The notes: generated by a model from the sequence alone, not told the origin. A stretch of 64,000 nt of DNA from Flavobacteriales bacterium (GCA_016715895.1 JADJXH010000004.1:218876-282875), one strand, 5' to 3'; counted from the stretch's first letter, positions 1-11,564 are shown. Numbers and translations: made by a program.

Positions 1-972
1 GAAACGCAGCAGCAGCAGCAGGGAGGCCTCCGAGGAGCGGAGCACCTTGTCCTCGTTGCCCACGAAGCGGATGTCCTCCAGCACCACATGCTCGCCCGGA
101 GCGATCGGCGTGAGCTTCAGGTCCACTGTGACGGTGGGCTCCATGCTGCCCTTCACCTTCATCGTGGTGAACATGTAGCCTTCGCGCACGCAGCCGATCT
201 TCAGGTTGCGGTACATGTCCATGTCGAACGTGTACGTGCTCCTGCCCTTGGCCTCCACCACCTTGTCGAACACCATGCCGTCGATGGTGAGGCTCGCGTC
301 CACGGGCCTGCCGCTCTTGGCATCGGTGATGTTGATGACGAGCTGCTGTTTCTGCGTCGTCGTTTCCTCCACCACCGGCTTCGGCGGCGGGTCGTAGTGG
401 AAGTGGATCGTGTAGCCGGCCAGCGGACGGTCCTGATAGTCGACGACCAGATAGAACAGGTCGCCCTCCTTCACCTCGATGGCTCGGCTGTAGCTCGCAC
501 CCACACCGGAGCGCACGAAGTCCTCGGTCGCGTCCTTGCTGAGGCCGCAGCGGCTGCCGAGCGCGGGGTCGTTGCGGCTGATGTTCGAGCGCACCGGTTG
601 CACCAGGCGGCTCGGGATCTTGTCGCAGATGCCCGGGATGGCTCCCTCGAAGAGCAGGAAGTCGATGTCGTCCTCGGGGTTGTCCGGGATGATGTCGAAG
701 GTGAGCGTGGTGGTCACCGGGCTCCTGAACTTGTACCAGGTGCTGTGGTGCTCGCGCTCAAGCCACTGCAGGTGGTCCACCGGGTTCTCCCTGATCTCCA
801 GCTTGTTGCCGAAACCGCGCACGGCGTCGGCCTGGTGGAAGATGGAGTCGGCGATGGGGATGGCCCCGGTGCAGTCCCCGTTCTCCTGCGTGAGCCGCGG
901 GTTCTGCTGCGCCTGGACCGCGGTCGCGGCCAGGCTCAAGCCCAGGAGGTACAGGATGCGGATGGTTCGCAC
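1..972 (-). CDS. OmpA-family outer-membrane protein (partial; runs off the window start)
   Basis: Absent from the ORF track. My translation from GTG at 972 gives VRTIRILYLLGLSLAATAVQAQQNPRL (signal peptide), and the frame stays open to base 1, ending ...PGEHVVLEDIRFVANEDKVLRSSEASLLLLLRF, which looks like the start of an OmpA C-terminal domain. Confidence 0.7.
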   Translation of the reverse strand, partial: MRTIRILYLLGLSLAATAVQAQQNPRLTQENGDCTGAIPIADSIFHQADAVRGFGNKLEIRENPVDHLQWLEREHHSTWYKFRSPVTTTLTFDIIPDNPEDDIDFLLFEGAIPGICDKIPSRLVQPVRSNISRNDPALGSRCGLSKDATEDFVRSGVGASYSRAIEVKEGDLFYLVVDYQDRPLAGYTIHFHYDPPPKPVVEETTTQKQQLVINITDAKSGRPVDASLTIDGMVFDKVVEAKGRSTYTFDMDMYRNLKIGCVREGYMFTTMKVKGSMEPTVTVDLKLTPIAPGEHVVLEDIRFVGNEDKVLRSSEASLLLLLRF

Positions 973-1005
973 GGGACCTGCATACGCAGGGACCCCGACC
1001 AAGGT

Positions 1006-3687
<2,682 letters not shown>

Positions 3688-3688
3688 G

Positions 3689-4180
3689 TCACCCAGCTGA
3701 ATAAACCAACTTGCCATTATCCTTAGCCCACGCTTCCGTGAAGCCAACGTGCGAAATGGCATTGGTGCTTCGATCGAGCTTGGCTTCGGTCTCCTTGCAA
3801 ACGATTTCTGGGGCCAGTTCATATATGACCTTCACTTCCAAAGGCCTCTTCTTGAAGAAGACGGCTAGGTAGATCTTGCGATTGCGTCGTATCCTCTCTA
3901 ATGATGCCTGCCTCTTGTCCTCCGGCTTATTGAACACCCGGTCCAACTGTCCGGATCCGCCTTCGAGACATGATAGATACTCGTACAGCAAGTCCTTGTC
4001 CTTGCGATCACGCGCGTCAGAGTCGTGCTTGGTCACGATTACCTCATGGCCTAGTATCTCGGCGATGATTATCTCCTTCACAAGCCCCGGCTGCAGGACG
4101 TTGAGGATGCCTATGCTGGTGGCCAATTCTTGCGCCTGCCTGACCAAAGCCACAATGCTCTTCAGTACCGTCGGACTCAT
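3689..4180 (-). CDS. Putative PvuII-like type II restriction endonuclease
   Basis: 163 aa, lower GC than the flanks, coupled to a DNA methyltransferase. By eye the sequence is colinear with PvuII as I recall it: [14 protein letters not shown] ~ QDLALKHGINDIFQ, DSDARD ~ GNDAVD, YEYLS ~ YELKS, VIYELAP ~ [16 protein letters not shown] ~ VMEHGTKIY. Confidence 0.6.
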   Translation of the reverse strand: MSPTVLKSIVALVRQAQELATSIGILNVLQPGLVKEIIIAEILGHEVIVTKHDSDARDRKDKDLLYEYLSCLEGGSGQLDRVFNKPEDKRQASLERIRRNRKIYLAVFFKKRPLEVKVIYELAPEIVCKETEAKLDRSTNAISHVGFTEAWAKDNGKLVYSAG

Positions 4181-4968
4181 ACGAACAATGTGTATTCAGC
4201 CTCTTTTGAAATAGAGGCCACCCTCTCATTCGCTATGCGCACATAGTCGCTGTTTTGCTCGAATCCGATGAAGCTCCGCTTCAACCGCTGACAAACAGCC
4301 CATGTAGTACCGACACCGCTGAAAGGGTCCAACACTAGATCGCCCTCGTTCGAGCTGGCACGTACCAGTCGGTCGATCAACTTCTCCGGCTTCTGAATCG
4401 TATTCAATAGGTCACGGCTAATGAGCTCTTTGCTCTTGTAGGTAAGCTGTTTGATATCCCCCCAGACATCGCCAGGGTTCTTTCCTGCTTCATTAAAGCG
4501 TGTCTTTCCATACGTGCCGTTCTGAACACTTGGCACACGTTCACATCGAAGTCGATGCTCAAGCTCCACCAACTGAGGGACCCGGATATCATCAAGGTTG
4601 AAGGTCTTCGCCTTGCCTTTACTGAAGTAGCAGATGAGATCGTAGTTGTTGGTGTAATTGGTTCGACCCTGCGCCAAGCGACTAGGTTGATACCAAACGA
4701 TGCGCGCGTTCAACTTCAAGTAAGGCCTATAGTCGATGAAGTCGATGCAATCCTCCTTGCCGAAGAGGTACATGGCACCACCAGGCTTGAGCACTCGACT
4801 GAACAAACGCAACAGGTTAAAATTATACCCTTGGATATCGCCGATCCGATCCCAGTCCTGATCGGTCACACCGTATGGCCCATCGCAAATGATGAGATCG
4901 ACGCTTTCGTCCGGCACATGTGCAATGAGCTTCAATGCATCTCCTTGGTGAATGGTCTCGTGTTCCAT
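4177..4968 (-). CDS. Site-specific DNA methyltransferase, N6A/N4C beta class
   Basis: IHQGDAL start, motif IV-like DGPY near the N-terminus, QKPEKLI, and motif I DPFSGVGTT near the C-terminus (beta order). Confidence 0.9.
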   Translation of the reverse strand: MEHETIHQGDALKLIAHVPDESVDLIICDGPYGVTDQDWDRIGDIQGYNFNLLRLFSRVLKPGGAMYLFGKEDCIDFIDYRPYLKLNARIVWYQPSRLAQGRTNYTNNYDLICYFSKGKAKTFNLDDIRVPQLVELEHRLRCERVPSVQNGTYGKTRFNEAGKNPGDVWGDIKQLTYKSKELISRDLLNTIQKPEKLIDRLVRASSNEGDLVLDPFSGVGTTWAVCQRLKRSFIGFEQNSDYVRIANERVASISKEAEYTLFV

Positions 4969-5069
4969 GATGTTGAAGTTCGGGATGGTCCTTAATCTAA
5001 CTCAGTACGGCGATCATCATTTATCCACAGCGGATCTCCTTACTGCCAACCCAACTATCGTCGCGTCAA

Positions 5070-6071
5070 TCATGCCATTACCGGTGTTGCGCGTGGTGCG
5101 TGCCGCTTGGCTTCTGCCGCCAGCGCCGCGATATGCTCCGGCGTCGTTCCGCAACATCCCCCCACCACGTTCACCCAGCCGTTGGCCATGAATTCGCTCA
5201 CGAGGCGTGCGGTGACGTCGGGGGTTTCGCGGTACTCGCCCATCTGGTCGGGCAGGCCGGCGTTGGGGTAGATGCTCACGCGGCATGGGCTCTGCTCGGC
5301 GATCACCTCCAGGTAGGGCCGCATCTGGGCCGCGCCCAGCGCGCAGTTGAGGCCCATGCTGAAGAGCGGCACATGCTGCATGCTGATGAGGAAGGCCTCG
5401 ATGGTCTGGCCGCTGAGGGTGCGCCCGCTGGCATCGGTGATGGTGACGCTGCACATGAGCGGGACACGTGTGTTGCGTGCTTCAAAGACCTCCTCGATGG
5501 CAAAGAAGGCGGCCTTGGCGTTGAGCGTGTCGAAGATGGTCTCCACCAGCAGCAGGTCCACGCCGCCGTCGAGCAGGGCTTCCACCTGTTCCTTGTAGGC
5601 CGCCACGAGCTGGTCGAAGGTGACGGCGCGGTAGCCGGGGTCGTTCACATCGGGGCTGAGCGAGGCGGTCTTGTTCATGGGACCGATGGCACCGGCCACG
5701 AAGCGCGGCTTGCTCGGGTCCTTCTTGGTGAACGCATCACAGGCCTCCCGGGCCAGGCGCGCGGAGGCGAGGTTAAGCTCGCGCACCAGGTGACCGCATT
5801 CGTGCTCGGCCTGCGCGATGCGGGTGGCGCTGAAGGTGTTCGTCTCCACGATGTCGGCACCGGCCTCGAGGTATTGCTCATGGATCTTCTTGATCGCTTC
5901 GGGGCGCGAGAGCGAGAGCAGTTCGTTATTGCCTTTCAGCAGGATGGTGTGGTCCTCCATACCGGGCGGATGGAAGTCCTCCTCGGTGAGGCCGAGGCGC
6001 TGGATCATGGTGCCCATGGCGCCGTCGAGGACGAGGATGCGTTGTTGGGCGATGCGTTCGAGGTCTGTCAT
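5070..6071 (-). CDS. metH: Methionine synthase N-terminal part (homocysteine S-methyltransferase domain)
   Basis: LVLDGAMGTMIQ, ETNTF, GLNCALG, YPNAGLP and GGCCGTTPEHI. Start placed at ATG 6071 (MTDLERIAQQR). Confidence 0.95.
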   Translation of the reverse strand: MTDLERIAQQRILVLDGAMGTMIQRLGLTEEDFHPPGMEDHTILLKGNNELLSLSRPEAIKKIHEQYLEAGADIVETNTFSATRIAQAEHECGHLVRELNLASARLAREACDAFTKKDPSKPRFVAGAIGPMNKTASLSPDVNDPGYRAVTFDQLVAAYKEQVEALLDGGVDLLLVETIFDTLNAKAAFFAIEEVFEARNTRVPLMCSVTITDASGRTLSGQTIEAFLISMQHVPLFSMGLNCALGAAQMRPYLEVIAEQSPCRVSIYPNAGLPDQMGEYRETPDVTARLVSEFMANGWVNVVGGCCGTTPEHIAALAAEAKRHAPRATPVMA

Positions 6072-6116
6072 CGGTTCACAAGTGTGCGTGCTTTCCGGTC
6101 GCTCCTTCCAAATGCA

Positions 6117-6203
6117 GGTGAATGGGAGTTGGTGAATGGTGAATGAGACTGAGCGGTTCGGCGATGGGGTCTCCCATTCACCATCGACCATTCGCCATTC
6201 ACC
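6117..6203. repeat. Inverted array of 7-bp tandem repeats (GTGAATG x4 / CCATTCA x4) forming a hairpin
   Basis: Left arm gtgaatg-ggagttg-gtgaatg-gtgaatg; right arm ccattca-ccatcga-ccattcg-ccattca; inner stem gagac/gtctc. Confidence 0.85.
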
Positions 6204-6214
6204 GCACCCAGAAA

Positions 6215-6249
6215 CCCGCCGTCGTCCTCGTTCTTCGGACTATGGCGGG
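6215..6249. repeat. REP-like palindrome (CCGCCnTCGTCC...GGACTnnGGCGG type)
   Basis: cccgccgtcgtcc-tcgttcttc-ggactatggcggg. A near copy lies at 6375-6411 and a related one at 11611-11641. Confidence 0.7.
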
Positions 6250-6254
6250 CAAAG

Positions 6255-6286
6255 AAAAAAGCCCCACCCGATGGACCGGATGAGGC
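6255..6286 (-). terminator. Intrinsic terminator, expression platform of the SAM-I riboswitch
   Basis: Minus strand GCCUCAUCCG-GUCCAU-CGGGUGGGGC (10-bp stem with G-U pairs) followed by a U tract. Its 5' arm CUCAUC can alternatively pair with the P1 3' strand GAUGAG (antiterminator). Confidence 0.9.
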
Positions 6287-6323
6287 TGCATGCTCCCGAA
6301 GGAGGATCGCTACCTGATCACGG

Positions 6324-6461
6324 CTCATCTCTCCCACCATGATGGCGGGCTGGATTTAGCACCGATCGTCGGACGTCCGCCTTCGTCCGCTTTCACGGAC
6401 TTCGGCGGGACGATGGTTGCCAAGGCTTCACAGGGCCAGTCCCTCTGCCTTTCTGGATAAG
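6324..6461 (-). promoter_or_regulatory. SAM-I (S-box) riboswitch
   Basis: Minus strand cTTATCcagaaaGGcaGAGGGActGGCCCtgtGAAgCCttGGCAACC...GGTGCTAAATCC...GAGATGAG matches the SAM-I consensus, and it lies upstream of metH. Confidence 0.95.
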
Positions 6462-6480
6462 CGATGGAAAGAACGCGGGG

Positions 6481-6488
6481 CGAAGATA
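6481..6488 (-). promoter_or_regulatory. Bacteroidota sigma-A -7 element for the riboswitch transcript
   Basis: TATCTTCG on the minus strand, about 20 nt upstream of the riboswitch; a variant of TAnnTTTG. Confidence 0.6.
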
Positions 6489-6512
6489 GGTGGTGGACGG
6501 ACTCCGGCAGGG

Positions 6513-8216
6513 TCAAAGGCAATGGACCACGCGCAGGGCTCGCGCTCCTCGAGGGCCTTGAGCAAGGACGAGGTACACCCCGGCCGGTTGGGCGGCCATG
6601 GAGAACTCCGTGCGCTCGCGCGCGTGGGTGGTCCGCTCCAGAATGCGGCCGAGACCGTCGAGGAGCAGCAGCTCATCTCCGCGCTCGGTCCCCTCGACGA
6701 TCAGCACATCCCCCCTGATGATCGCATGCACAGGCAGCGAGGCGTGCTCCGGTAGGGATACGCCCCCCCCGTCGCACGAGGAGTTCACCGATCTGTACCG
6801 CGCCACGATCGCCGAACTGCTCGCGCTCGTGCTGATCAGTGCTGGAGAACCAGCCAGACCGACATTGGCGGAATCCGAGCACTGCCCACCGATCACCAAG
6901 GCATCTGCAGCGGACCAGGCCATGTCCATGAACCAGTCCTTGCCCGTTCCCTGCACCACGGTGCTCCAAATGTGGGAGCCGTCATCCAGGCAATAGGAAC
7001 CGATCCATGCTGTACTGGGAGGCCCTTGGGTCTGGTAGAGGATGGACCCGCTGCCCGGATCCGCATCCAAGGAGTGGGTGAAGGTGCCTGAAACCACCAC
7101 GGCGCCATCCTTGAAGGGGGTCATGCAACTGATCAGTTCATTTCCGTATTCCGAGAACAGGTCGCTCCATCCCGGCTGCCAAATGGTCCCCTCCAAGGTG
7201 TGGATGAACGCATCATTCCCCGAAGAGGTCAGTTGCTCCACCGTATCCGCGTTCGTGAACGTGGCCTGGCCGGAAAACGCGCCGCCGAGCACGATACCGC
7301 GATCAGGGAGCGGACGGACCAAGGGGGACTGCCACCAGACCGGCCAGTCGAAGCTCTCATGCCGCACATACCCTCCACCGGGGTCCAGCTTGATGGCGAC
7401 GGCTCCCTGATTCTGGCCGAAGTTGGTCCATGCCGTGTCCGGACCAGGGTCCACATCGAATTGTTGCATCGGGACCGGGCCGACCGTACGTAGGGAAAGG
7501 AGCAGGTCGCCTTCGGAGAACGCGAGGTCACAGGCGTACTCCATTCCAACACCACCCATCACGCCCGACCATTCGAGCTGGTCCATGGCATTGAGCTTGG
7601 CCACCCATACGTCGGAATACCCGCTGGAGCTCAATATGGCCACGTTCGGACCAGGATCGACATCAATGCTATCGGTGAACTGGCCGAGGAGGAAGACATC
7701 GCCCTGGTCGTTCGTGAGCAGGTGCATCGCGATGGAACCCTCGATCACCGAAGCGGCAACGAAGGTGCCATTGGTGGACCATCGGACGAGGGCCATCCCG
7801 TTCCCACTGACCATGAAAGTCCCGGGCCCGGGATCCGCATCCCAGCTTCCGTCCAGAAGCACGGACAGCACCACGTCACCTGCTGGTGAGACCGCGATCG
7901 CGCGCAGGGCGTCCGCTTTAAGGCCCCATTGGTACGTGCCTGAGCTGTCGTACTTGGCCAGGAAGCAGCCTGACCCCGGTAAACCACCGAAATTCCAGGA
8001 AAGGGTGGCCGAACCTGGCCCGGGATCAAGGTCGACGGACCCCGTGTTCGCCATCCGACCGAACACGTAGATGTTGTCCTGCGCATCCGTTCGCACCTCT
8101 TGGATCATCGACTCCCCGGATACGCCAAGCAGGTTGGCCCAGTGCAGGACCTGGCCGGCCGACAACAAGGGCAGCTCCATGAGCAGGAGGATCGGGATGA
8201 TCGCCTTGTGGCGCAT
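6513..8216 (-). CDS. T9SS-secreted beta-propeller (SBBP-like repeat) protein
   Basis: Signal peptide MRHKAIIPILLL, repeated DxDPGP and 'LAKYDSSG'-type motifs, and a C-terminal sorting-domain pattern (LLDGLGRIL...PAGVYLV). Confidence 0.75.
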   Translation of the reverse strand: MRHKAIIPILLLMELPLLSAGQVLHWANLLGVSGESMIQEVRTDAQDNIYVFGRMANTGSVDLDPGPGSATLSWNFGGLPGSGCFLAKYDSSGTYQWGLKADALRAIAVSPAGDVVLSVLLDGSWDADPGPGTFMVSGNGMALVRWSTNGTFVAASVIEGSIAMHLLTNDQGDVFLLGQFTDSIDVDPGPNVAILSSSGYSDVWVAKLNAMDQLEWSGVMGGVGMEYACDLAFSEGDLLLSLRTVGPVPMQQFDVDPGPDTAWTNFGQNQGAVAIKLDPGGGYVRHESFDWPVWWQSPLVRPLPDRGIVLGGAFSGQATFTNADTVEQLTSSGNDAFIHTLEGTIWQPGWSDLFSEYGNELISCMTPFKDGAVVVSGTFTHSLDADPGSGSILYQTQGPPSTAWIGSYCLDDGSHIWSTVVQGTGKDWFMDMAWSAADALVIGGQCSDSANVGLAGSPALISTSASSSAIVARYRSVNSSCDGGGVSLPEHASLPVHAIIRGDVLIVEGTERGDELLLLDGLGRILERTTHARERTEFSMAAQPAGVYLVLAQGPRGARALRVVHCL

Positions 8217-8390
8217 CCTGTGAAGGTAGGTCACGCGGTACAACGCGCCGGTGCTTGTTGAATTGCGCCTACCCCCTGACACGCGTCATTCGACAATGCC
8301 CGTAGTGAGTTGGATGGACCCGAAGCCCCGGTCCGCTCGACAAAAAGGAAAGGCGATGGGGAAGAACGTTGTGCCCGGAAAGGTTCGCGA

Positions 8391-8834
8391 TCAGAAGCCG
8401 TGTTGCTCACCCCGTTCGATGACCTCTTGAAGCAACCGCAGATCCTTCCTCGCCACCCCATTGGGAGCCGTGGCCAACGCCTTCCGTGCCAACTCCGCGA
8501 ATCCCGGCAGATGGGGATTGCCTGCGCTCCAATACCCTGCGGGGTGGTTGATCCGTAGCAGTGCGTTCAACAGGTCGCCCGGATAGAATTCGGTCTCCAT
8601 CCAGGGGTCGCTCGCCAATAGCGCCAGGGCTTTCGGCACGAGGTGGCGCAGGCATTCGTTCTGGCCGATCAGGAAGCGCAGGTCGGCAGCCGACAGTTGA
8701 CCGATAGGGATGCGGTGCAGGGCAAAGTAGCGGCGCACGACCTCACTGTCGTCAGCATCAGGCACAGGCTGCGTCCAGGTCCACCCGCCCAAGGCACTGA
8801 TGCTATGCCGGTCGGGCTCCTTCTCCTTGTGCAT
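8391..8834 (-). CDS. CdiI-like contact-dependent-inhibition immunity protein (orphan)
   Basis: PIGQLSAADLRFLIGQNECLRHLVPKAL...EFYPGDLLNALL fits the 'DLRxxIGQxxGLxxLVP.A...YPGDLL' CdiI immunity pattern. Confidence 0.7.
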   Translation of the reverse strand: MHKEKEPDRHSISALGGWTWTQPVPDADDSEVVRRYFALHRIPIGQLSAADLRFLIGQNECLRHLVPKALALLASDPWMETEFYPGDLLNALLRINHPAGYWSAGNPHLPGFAELARKALATAPNGVARKDLRLLQEVIERGEQHGF

Positions 8835-8853
8835 GGAGGTCGTTGCCGCTCAG

Positions 8854-9228
8854 CTACACTTCGTACATCAACACCGCCACCTCGTCCTTGATCCGCTCGA
8901 AGTCGCCATCGGCGGTGAGCAGGGGGATCTGTTGGGTCAGGGCCGTGGCGGCCACGATGGCATCCGGGATCTTCAGGCGGTAGGTCTTCCGTATGCGGAT
9001 GGCCTCTTCCATGATCCGGGCATCCAGCTCGATCATCGGCCACTCGTTCACGAACGCGGTCACGGCCTTGGCCTCTGCTCGGCTCATGCCCGGCTTGCTG
9101 AGCAACTCCATGTAGGTAATGAACGAAATGACCACCCGTTGACCTGAAATGGCATCGGCGGCGGACCTGTCCCCGCGAAGCAGAAAGAGGGCCACATTGG
9201 TGTCCAACACCAGGCTCTCACCACTCAT
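8854..9228 (-). CDS. vapC: VapC/PIN-domain toxin
   Basis: LVLDTNVA, ITYMELL, LKIPDAIVAATA and LLTADGDF. Start placed at ATG 9228. Confidence 0.9.
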   Translation of the reverse strand: MSGESLVLDTNVALFLLRGDRSAADAISGQRVVISFITYMELLSKPGMSRAEAKAVTAFVNEWPMIELDARIMEEAIRIRKTYRLKIPDAIVAATALTQQIPLLTADGDFERIKDEVAVLMYEV

Positions 9229-9394
9229 CCCGCCACTTGCGCTGGAGTGCAACAGGGTCTTCGTCGAGCTTGAGAACACCCACGTACTTGTAAACGTCCA
9301 CCGGCTTACACGCCTTGGCACGCTGGGTGCGGAGCTTCCGCAGCTGCATCTGGATGCGCTGCTTGGACATGCCCCGTTTGATGACCACCACCAT
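9218..9394 (-). CDS. Putative antitoxin
   Basis: 58 aa (MVVVIKRG...VGVLKLDEDPVALQRKWRDEW) overlapping the vapC start; typical size and position for an antitoxin. Confidence 0.75.
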   Translation of the reverse strand: MVVVIKRGMSKQRIQMQLRKLRTQRAKACKPVDVYKYVGVLKLDEDPVALQRKWRDEW

Positions 9395-9429
9395 ACCACG
9401 AAGATACAGCGGTCGCGGATGGACGTGCG

Positions 9430-11496
9430 CTACTTCAAGTGCTTCTCCAACCACCCGAACACCTCCGCATGCCATTGCATGGAGTTCTGCGGCTTCAGCA
9501 CCCAGTGGTTCTCGTCGGGGAAGCGGAGGTACTTGCTCTCGATGCCCTTGGCCTGGCAGGCGGTGAAGCTGCCGATGCCCTGCATGAGCGGCACGCGGAA
9601 GTCCTTGTCGCCGTGCACCACGAGCATGGGCACGCGCCATTGGTCGGCATGCAGCAGCGGGTTGAAGGTCTCGTAGTTCGCGGGCTTCGTGAAGACGCTG
9701 CCGCCGTTCTCCCAGTCGGTGAACCAGAGCTCCTCGGTGCTGTAGCCCATGGCGCGTGTGTCGAAGATGCCGCAGTGCGACACCAGCGCCTTGAAGGGCT
9801 CGTTCCACACGCCGGCGATCCAGTTGATCATGTAGCCGCCGTAGCTCGCGCCCAGCGCCGCCACGTTGCCGTCATCGAGGAAGGGGTATTTGCCCAGCGC
9901 GAAGGCCAGGCCCTTCTGCAGGTCCTCCAGCGGGCGGTCGCCCCAGTGCTCGTTGATGGCGTCGGTGAAGGCCTGCCCGTAGCCGGTGCTGCCGTGGAAG
10001 TCGATCATCACCACGGCGAAGCCCTGACCTGCGTAGGTCTGCGGGTTCCAGCGGTAGCTCCAACTGTCGCCGAAGCTGCCCTGCGGACCGCCGTGGATGA
10101 GGAAGGCCACGGGGTACTTCCTGCCTTCGGTGTAGTTCGAGGGCTTCAGCACGTAACCGTACACGGTCTCGTTGTTCCAGCCGGGGAAGCTGAACTGCTC
10201 ATAGGCGCCGAAGACCTTGTCCTTCAGCGAAGCGTTCACCTGCGTGAGCACCGTGGCGCCCTGGTCGATGAGCTTAGCCTTGGGCGCGCTGGCGTACAGC
10301 TGTGCCGGACCGCTAAGCCCGCTCTTCTGGTACACGAAGCCCTTGGGCGTTTCCACGAAGGCATCCAGGTGCCCGTCCGTGCTCAAGGGCGTGACGGTGT
10401 TGGTCTTGAGGTCGATCCGGAAGAGGCGGTGCTTGCCGAGGTCGTCGGCGGTGACGAGCAGGTTCTTGCCATCGCGGCCCCAGGCCAGGCTGGCGACGCT
10501 CCGGTCCCAGGTGGCGGCCACGTCGGTCACCGTGCCGGTGGTCAGGTCCATCACCTTCAGTTGGAAGCGGTCGGCCTCGTAGCCCGGGCGCTTCATGGCC
10601 TTGTAGGCCAGCCTGGTGCCGTCGGGTGAGATCACAGGCGATGCGTCCCACGCGGGGTTGCTCGCGGTGAGGTTCGTCGGGGTGCCGCCGGTCACCGGCA
10701 CACTGTAGAGGTCGAAGTTGGTGCTCCACGGCTCCTTCTTCCCCGCGATCCGCGCGCTGAAGTACACGGTGCGGCCATCCTTGCCGATCACGAAGTCCTC
10801 GTTGCCGCCGAACGGCTTGGACGGCACATCCCCATCGAAGCCGGTCATCAGCGGCACGGGCTGGGCATTCGGATCCTTCAGCGAGAGGTAGTAGAGGTGG
10901 TTTCGGGTGCCGTCCTTCCAGGTGTCCCAATGGCGCATGAACACACGGTCGTACACCTGACCGGTGCTCTTCCCACCTTCTTGCGCGCTCATGCGTTCCA
11001 AGGTGCAGGCGATGGCGTCATCGCATTCCGGGAACACGGCCAGGGCCACCACCAGGCCGGAGCCATCCGGTGCCACGCGATAGGCCTGCACATCCAGCGG
11101 CAGGAAGGTGATCGGCTCGGCCGCCTTGCCAAGGGCGTCGGCCTTCCACACCTGCGTGAGGCCTCCATCCCCGCGGGCGCTCAGGAAGTAGAAACCCGAC
11201 CGGTCACCCGACCACTGGATGTCACCGGCGCCCCCTTCACCGGCAGGCACCTTCACCTCGGGCTTCTTCAGGTCCGCGAGGTCCTTCATCCACAGCGTGC
11301 TCACCCCCCGGTTCGCCTCCATATCGGTGGCGCGCACATTGAACACCGCGGTGGTGCCCGCGGGATCCACGGCCAGGCCGCCGATGCGGTCGAGCATCAG
11401 CATGTCGGGATACGTGAAGGGGGCCTTCTGCTGGGCGGTGGTCGTGAGCGCCAACAGCAGACCTGTGGCGATGGTAAGGGTTCGACGGTGCATCAT
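9430..11496 (-). CDS. S9 family peptidase (dipeptidyl/acylaminoacyl peptidase)
   Basis: IHGGPQGS, GASYGG nucleophile elbow, VHGDKDFRVP and FPDENHWVLKP, plus an N-terminal propeller and signal peptide. Confidence 0.92.
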   Translation of the reverse strand: MMHRRTLTIATGLLLALTTTAQQKAPFTYPDMLMLDRIGGLAVDPAGTTAVFNVRATDMEANRGVSTLWMKDLADLKKPEVKVPAGEGGAGDIQWSGDRSGFYFLSARGDGGLTQVWKADALGKAAEPITFLPLDVQAYRVAPDGSGLVVALAVFPECDDAIACTLERMSAQEGGKSTGQVYDRVFMRHWDTWKDGTRNHLYYLSLKDPNAQPVPLMTGFDGDVPSKPFGGNEDFVIGKDGRTVYFSARIAGKKEPWSTNFDLYSVPVTGGTPTNLTASNPAWDASPVISPDGTRLAYKAMKRPGYEADRFQLKVMDLTTGTVTDVAATWDRSVASLAWGRDGKNLLVTADDLGKHRLFRIDLKTNTVTPLSTDGHLDAFVETPKGFVYQKSGLSGPAQLYASAPKAKLIDQGATVLTQVNASLKDKVFGAYEQFSFPGWNNETVYGYVLKPSNYTEGRKYPVAFLIHGGPQGSFGDSWSYRWNPQTYAGQGFAVVMIDFHGSTGYGQAFTDAINEHWGDRPLEDLQKGLAFALGKYPFLDDGNVAALGASYGGYMINWIAGVWNEPFKALVSHCGIFDTRAMGYSTEELWFTDWENGGSVFTKPANYETFNPLLHADQWRVPMLVVHGDKDFRVPLMQGIGSFTACQAKGIESKYLRFPDENHWVLKPQNSMQWHAEVFGWLEKHLK

Positions 11497-11564
11497 GGTT
11501 TCGACCGGGATGGGACGCAATGAACGAAGATCGGCGCTTCAGGCCATGGCTGAGTCCTAGGATC

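Noticed and set aside
3688-3822. N-terminal extension of the metH ORF
   Set aside because: It overlaps the nuclease gene in another frame; homology starts at [11 protein letters not shown] (3687).
6072-6191. N-terminal extension of the HMT ORF (MVDGEW...)
   Set aside because: It is translated from the heptamer-repeat hairpin in the leader and is not part of the domain.
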